From Alkalilimnicola ehrlichii MLHE-1 (GTDB lineage: Bacteria > Pseudomonadota > Gammaproteobacteria > Nitrococcales > Halorhodospiraceae), in the NCBI RefSeq assembly GCF_000014785.1, contig NC_008340.1:630001-662000 (forward strand): a stretch of 32,000 nt of DNA, written 5' to 3'. The position numbers and the translations under genes were made by a program. Below, one piece after another: positions 28,973-32,000 of this stretch (the first letter of the stretch is position 1; every line of letters starts with the position of its first letter). The notes beneath the pieces are model-generated. The model was given only the letters and a program-made list of their open reading frames with translations, had not been told where the DNA came from and did not search any database.

Positions 28973-29299
28973 ATGGCCCGCGCCATGACGGCAGATCAGC
29001 TGCGTAGTGAGAACGAGGCCTTTCGGTGTACCGCCGGCGTCAGCCAGCACAACCGTAAGGAGGGGTTTCGTCCGGCCTTTCTCGACAGTGAGACCGGCGT
29101 GGTCTATCTGTCGCGGAACCGTGACGGCACCCTGGCACCCTTCCACCGCCTGGACGGTTTGCCGGAGGAGCTGGTTTGGCGGCGCGACGAGCACGGTCGC
29201 GTGCTGGCCGTAAAGCCCTCTCTCGTCTCCGGATTCGAGCGCGACGGTCACTTTTTCACCCGTGAGCAGGCCGCCTGTCTGGTCATCGACGCTGGCTGA
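28973..29299 (+). CDS. Small conserved-looking hypothetical protein (108 aa)
   Basis: MARAMTADQLRSENEAFRCTAGVSQHNRKEGFRPAFLDSETGVVYLSRNRDGTLAPFHRLDGLPEELVWRRDEHGRVLAVKPSLVSGFERDGHFFTREQAACLVIDAG. RBS-like GAGGTGGTG and a good upstream promoter. Confidence 0.75.
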   Translation: MARAMTADQLRSENEAFRCTAGVSQHNRKEGFRPAFLDSETGVVYLSRNRDGTLAPFHRLDGLPEELVWRRDEHGRVLAVKPSLVSGFERDGHFFTREQAACLVIDAG

Positions 29300-29307
29300 G
29301 TCGCCCT

Positions 29308-30192
29308 GTGCCCCACACGCAGATCACCCTGGACTGTGCGCAGTCGCAAGTGCCCCGTGTAGAGGCCCTGCTGGAAGCGCTTGGCGCCCTCGCCATCACC
29401 CTGAGCGAACCGGACGATGAAGAGATCCTGGAGCCGGGCCCCGGTGAACAGCGTCTCTGGTCCCACCTGCGCCTGACAGCACTGTTCGACGCGGCCACCG
29501 TCGACCCGCTGCGCCTGCAGGCCCGGGTTGCCGAGGTGCTGGGCGCACCCCCCAGGGGCTGGCGGGTGGAGCGGCTCGTGGACCGGGCCTGGGAACGGGC
29601 CTGGATGGACGATTTTCATCCCATGCGCTTCGGTGACCGGCTTTGGGTGGTGCCCTGGGGGCAGACGCCGCCGGCAGCGGAGGCGGTGAATCTGCGCCTG
29701 GACCCGGGGCTGGCCTTCGGCACCGGCACCCACCCCACCACGGCCCTTTGCCTGCGTTGGCTGGACGGCTTGCCGCTGCAGGCGGACACCCGGCTGGTGG
29801 ACTACGGCTGCGGCTCCGGGATCCTGGCGGTGGCCGGCTGCCTGCTGGGTGCCGGCCATTGCACCGCCGTGGACAACGACCCGCAGGCCCGCCAGGCCAC
29901 GGCCGATAATGCCCGCCGTAACGGGGTGGGTGAACGGATTCGGGTCCAGGGCCCCGGCCCGCTGCCCCGGGCGGGGGCGGATGTCCTGGTGGCCAACATC
30001 CTCGCCCGCGTGCTGGTTGCCATGGCGGGGGAGTTGTCGCCCAGTGTCCGGCCGGGAGGCCGTATCGCCCTGTCTGGGATCCTGCGGGGGCAGGTCGACC
30101 AGGTGCGGGCGTGCTATAGTTCCTGGTTCGAAATGGAGCGGCCGGAATACCAGGGGGATTGGGCCCTGTTGGCGGGCACCCGACGGGGGTAA
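29308..30192 (+). CDS. prmA: Ribosomal protein L11 methyltransferase
   Basis: 294 aa. WERAWMDDFHPMRFGDRLWVVPWGQTPP...NLRLDPGLAFGTGTHPTTALCLRWLDGL...LVDYGCGSGILAVAGCLLGAGHCTAVDNDPQA...VLVANILARVLVAMAGEL. Confidence 0.96.
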   Translation: MPHTQITLDCAQSQVPRVEALLEALGALAITLSEPDDEEILEPGPGEQRLWSHLRLTALFDAATVDPLRLQARVAEVLGAPPRGWRVERLVDRAWERAWMDDFHPMRFGDRLWVVPWGQTPPAAEAVNLRLDPGLAFGTGTHPTTALCLRWLDGLPLQADTRLVDYGCGSGILAVAGCLLGAGHCTAVDNDPQARQATADNARRNGVGERIRVQGPGPLPRAGADVLVANILARVLVAMAGELSPSVRPGGRIALSGILRGQVDQVRACYSSWFEMERPEYQGDWALLAGTRRG

Positions 30193-30195
30193 GCG

Positions 30196-30687
30196 GTGGC
30201 AGCAGCGGGTCGGTCGCGGGGGGCGACATGGCGGTTCGGCGCGGTCATCGCCCTGTTGGTCGGTCTGCTGGTGGTGCAATCGGCCTATCTTTGCCGCGAC
30301 CGATTGTCGCAGGAGCCGCTGGCCAGGCCCTGGCTCGAGGCCGGTTGCGCCGTGGTGGGCTGTGCGCTGCCCCGGTTCTCCGACCCTCGGGCCCTGCAGT
30401 TGCGGGACCGGGTGTTTGAACAGCACCCGCGCCGGCGGGACGTCATCCGCCTGGAGGGGCGCCTGGTCAACACGGCGCCCTTCCGGCAGGATTTCCCGAA
30501 CATACATGTGCGTATCACCGACCTGGATGGCCAGCCTCTGGGGGTGCGGCGGTTCACCGCCACGGACTACCTGCACCCTGCCGTGCCGGGGGGTGCGGGG
30601 CTGGCCCCAGGGCAGGCCGAGCGGTTGCGCCTGGAGATAATGGTGCCAGCGGATCAGGTACCCAGTTTTGAGCTGGGCTTTTATTGA
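30196..30687 (+). CDS. DUF3426-like membrane-anchored protein lacking the usual N-terminal zinc-ribbon
   Basis: 163 aa, GTG start. Single TM segment WRFGAVIALLVGLLVVQSAYL then CAVVGCALPRFSDPRALQLRDRVFEQHPRRRDVIRLEGRLVNTAPFRQDFPNIHVRITDLDGQPLGVRRFTATDYL. Confidence 0.75.
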   Translation: MAAAGRSRGATWRFGAVIALLVGLLVVQSAYLCRDRLSQEPLARPWLEAGCAVVGCALPRFSDPRALQLRDRVFEQHPRRRDVIRLEGRLVNTAPFRQDFPNIHVRITDLDGQPLGVRRFTATDYLHPAVPGGAGLAPGQAERLRLEIMVPADQVPSFELGFY

Positions 30688-30784
30688 GGCGGGACCCGTC
30701 GTGCCCTGCACGATCGGGCCGCGCTTGCATTGGCCGACGAACCGCAGGAAACTTTGCAGCCTTTCCTCGTGACGAAAGCGCCCT

Positions 30785-31072
30785 ATGGAACAACAGTCAC
30801 CTGCCAAAACAACGAACTCCTCCACAGGCGCGCACGGTAACAGCGCGATTGCGCCGCTGCGCGAGGCCGTATCCGAAGCCCTGGGTCAGTACTTCCAGCA
30901 GCTCAACGGACACGACTGCTACGGCCTCCACCAGTTGGTGATGCGTGAGGTGGAGGTGCCCCTGATCCAGGCCGCGATGGACTACGCCGACGGCAACCAG
31001 ACACGCGCGGCCCAGCTCCTGGGCATCAATCGGGGTACCCTGCGCCGCAAGCTGCGCGAATACCAGCTGTAA
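30785..31072 (+). CDS. fis: DNA-binding protein Fis
   Basis: 95 aa. C-terminal [43 protein letters not shown]. Confidence 0.95.
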   Translation: MEQQSPAKTTNSSTGAHGNSAIAPLREAVSEALGQYFQQLNGHDCYGLHQLVMREVEVPLIQAAMDYADGNQTRAAQLLGINRGTLRRKLREYQL

Positions 31073-31107
31073 CCCCACGGCCCCACCCAACCAGAAGGAC
31101 AGCTCCC

Positions 31108-32000
<893 letters not shown>

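Overview
This 32 kb window is GC-rich and chromosomal, and it looks like ordinary gammaproteobacterial housekeeping DNA. The acidic porins and overall gene content suggest a halophilic Halorhodospira-like ectothiorhodospiraceal bacterium (inference from memory, not searched). Gene order: rnr (5' truncated), rlmB, rpsF-priB-rpsR, DUF2232 membrane protein, rplI, dnaB carrying two inteins, alr, radA, a repeat complex, pilZ-domain gene (-), folD (-), tRNA-Pro/Arg/His/Lys, lgt (-), two paralogous acidic porins, grxD (-), der (-), pyrC (-), cbiX-like (-), DUF488, hemerythrin-like, argG, LON-domain gene (-), ubiX (-), mpl (-), membrane protein (-), ppa, small conserved hypothetical, prmA, DUF3426-like, fis, purH (3' truncated). 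I found no convincing new defence or mobile system. The observations most worth a second look are: (1) dnaB has two endonuclease-bearing inteins, the first with an HTH-like insertion and the second apparently offset 2 codons from the commonly cited DnaB-b site; (2) a 78-bp imperfect-palindrome dispersed repeat occurs in inverted orientation at two loci, and at one locus its left and right arms are separately amplified with 28-bp and 29-bp periods; (3) promoter/dyad motifs are shared upstream of the two porins, with a triple hairpin between them; (4) there are a structured rpsF leader and a structured leader plus a 19-codon micro-ORF in the ppa-prmA gap. All alignments were done by eye.
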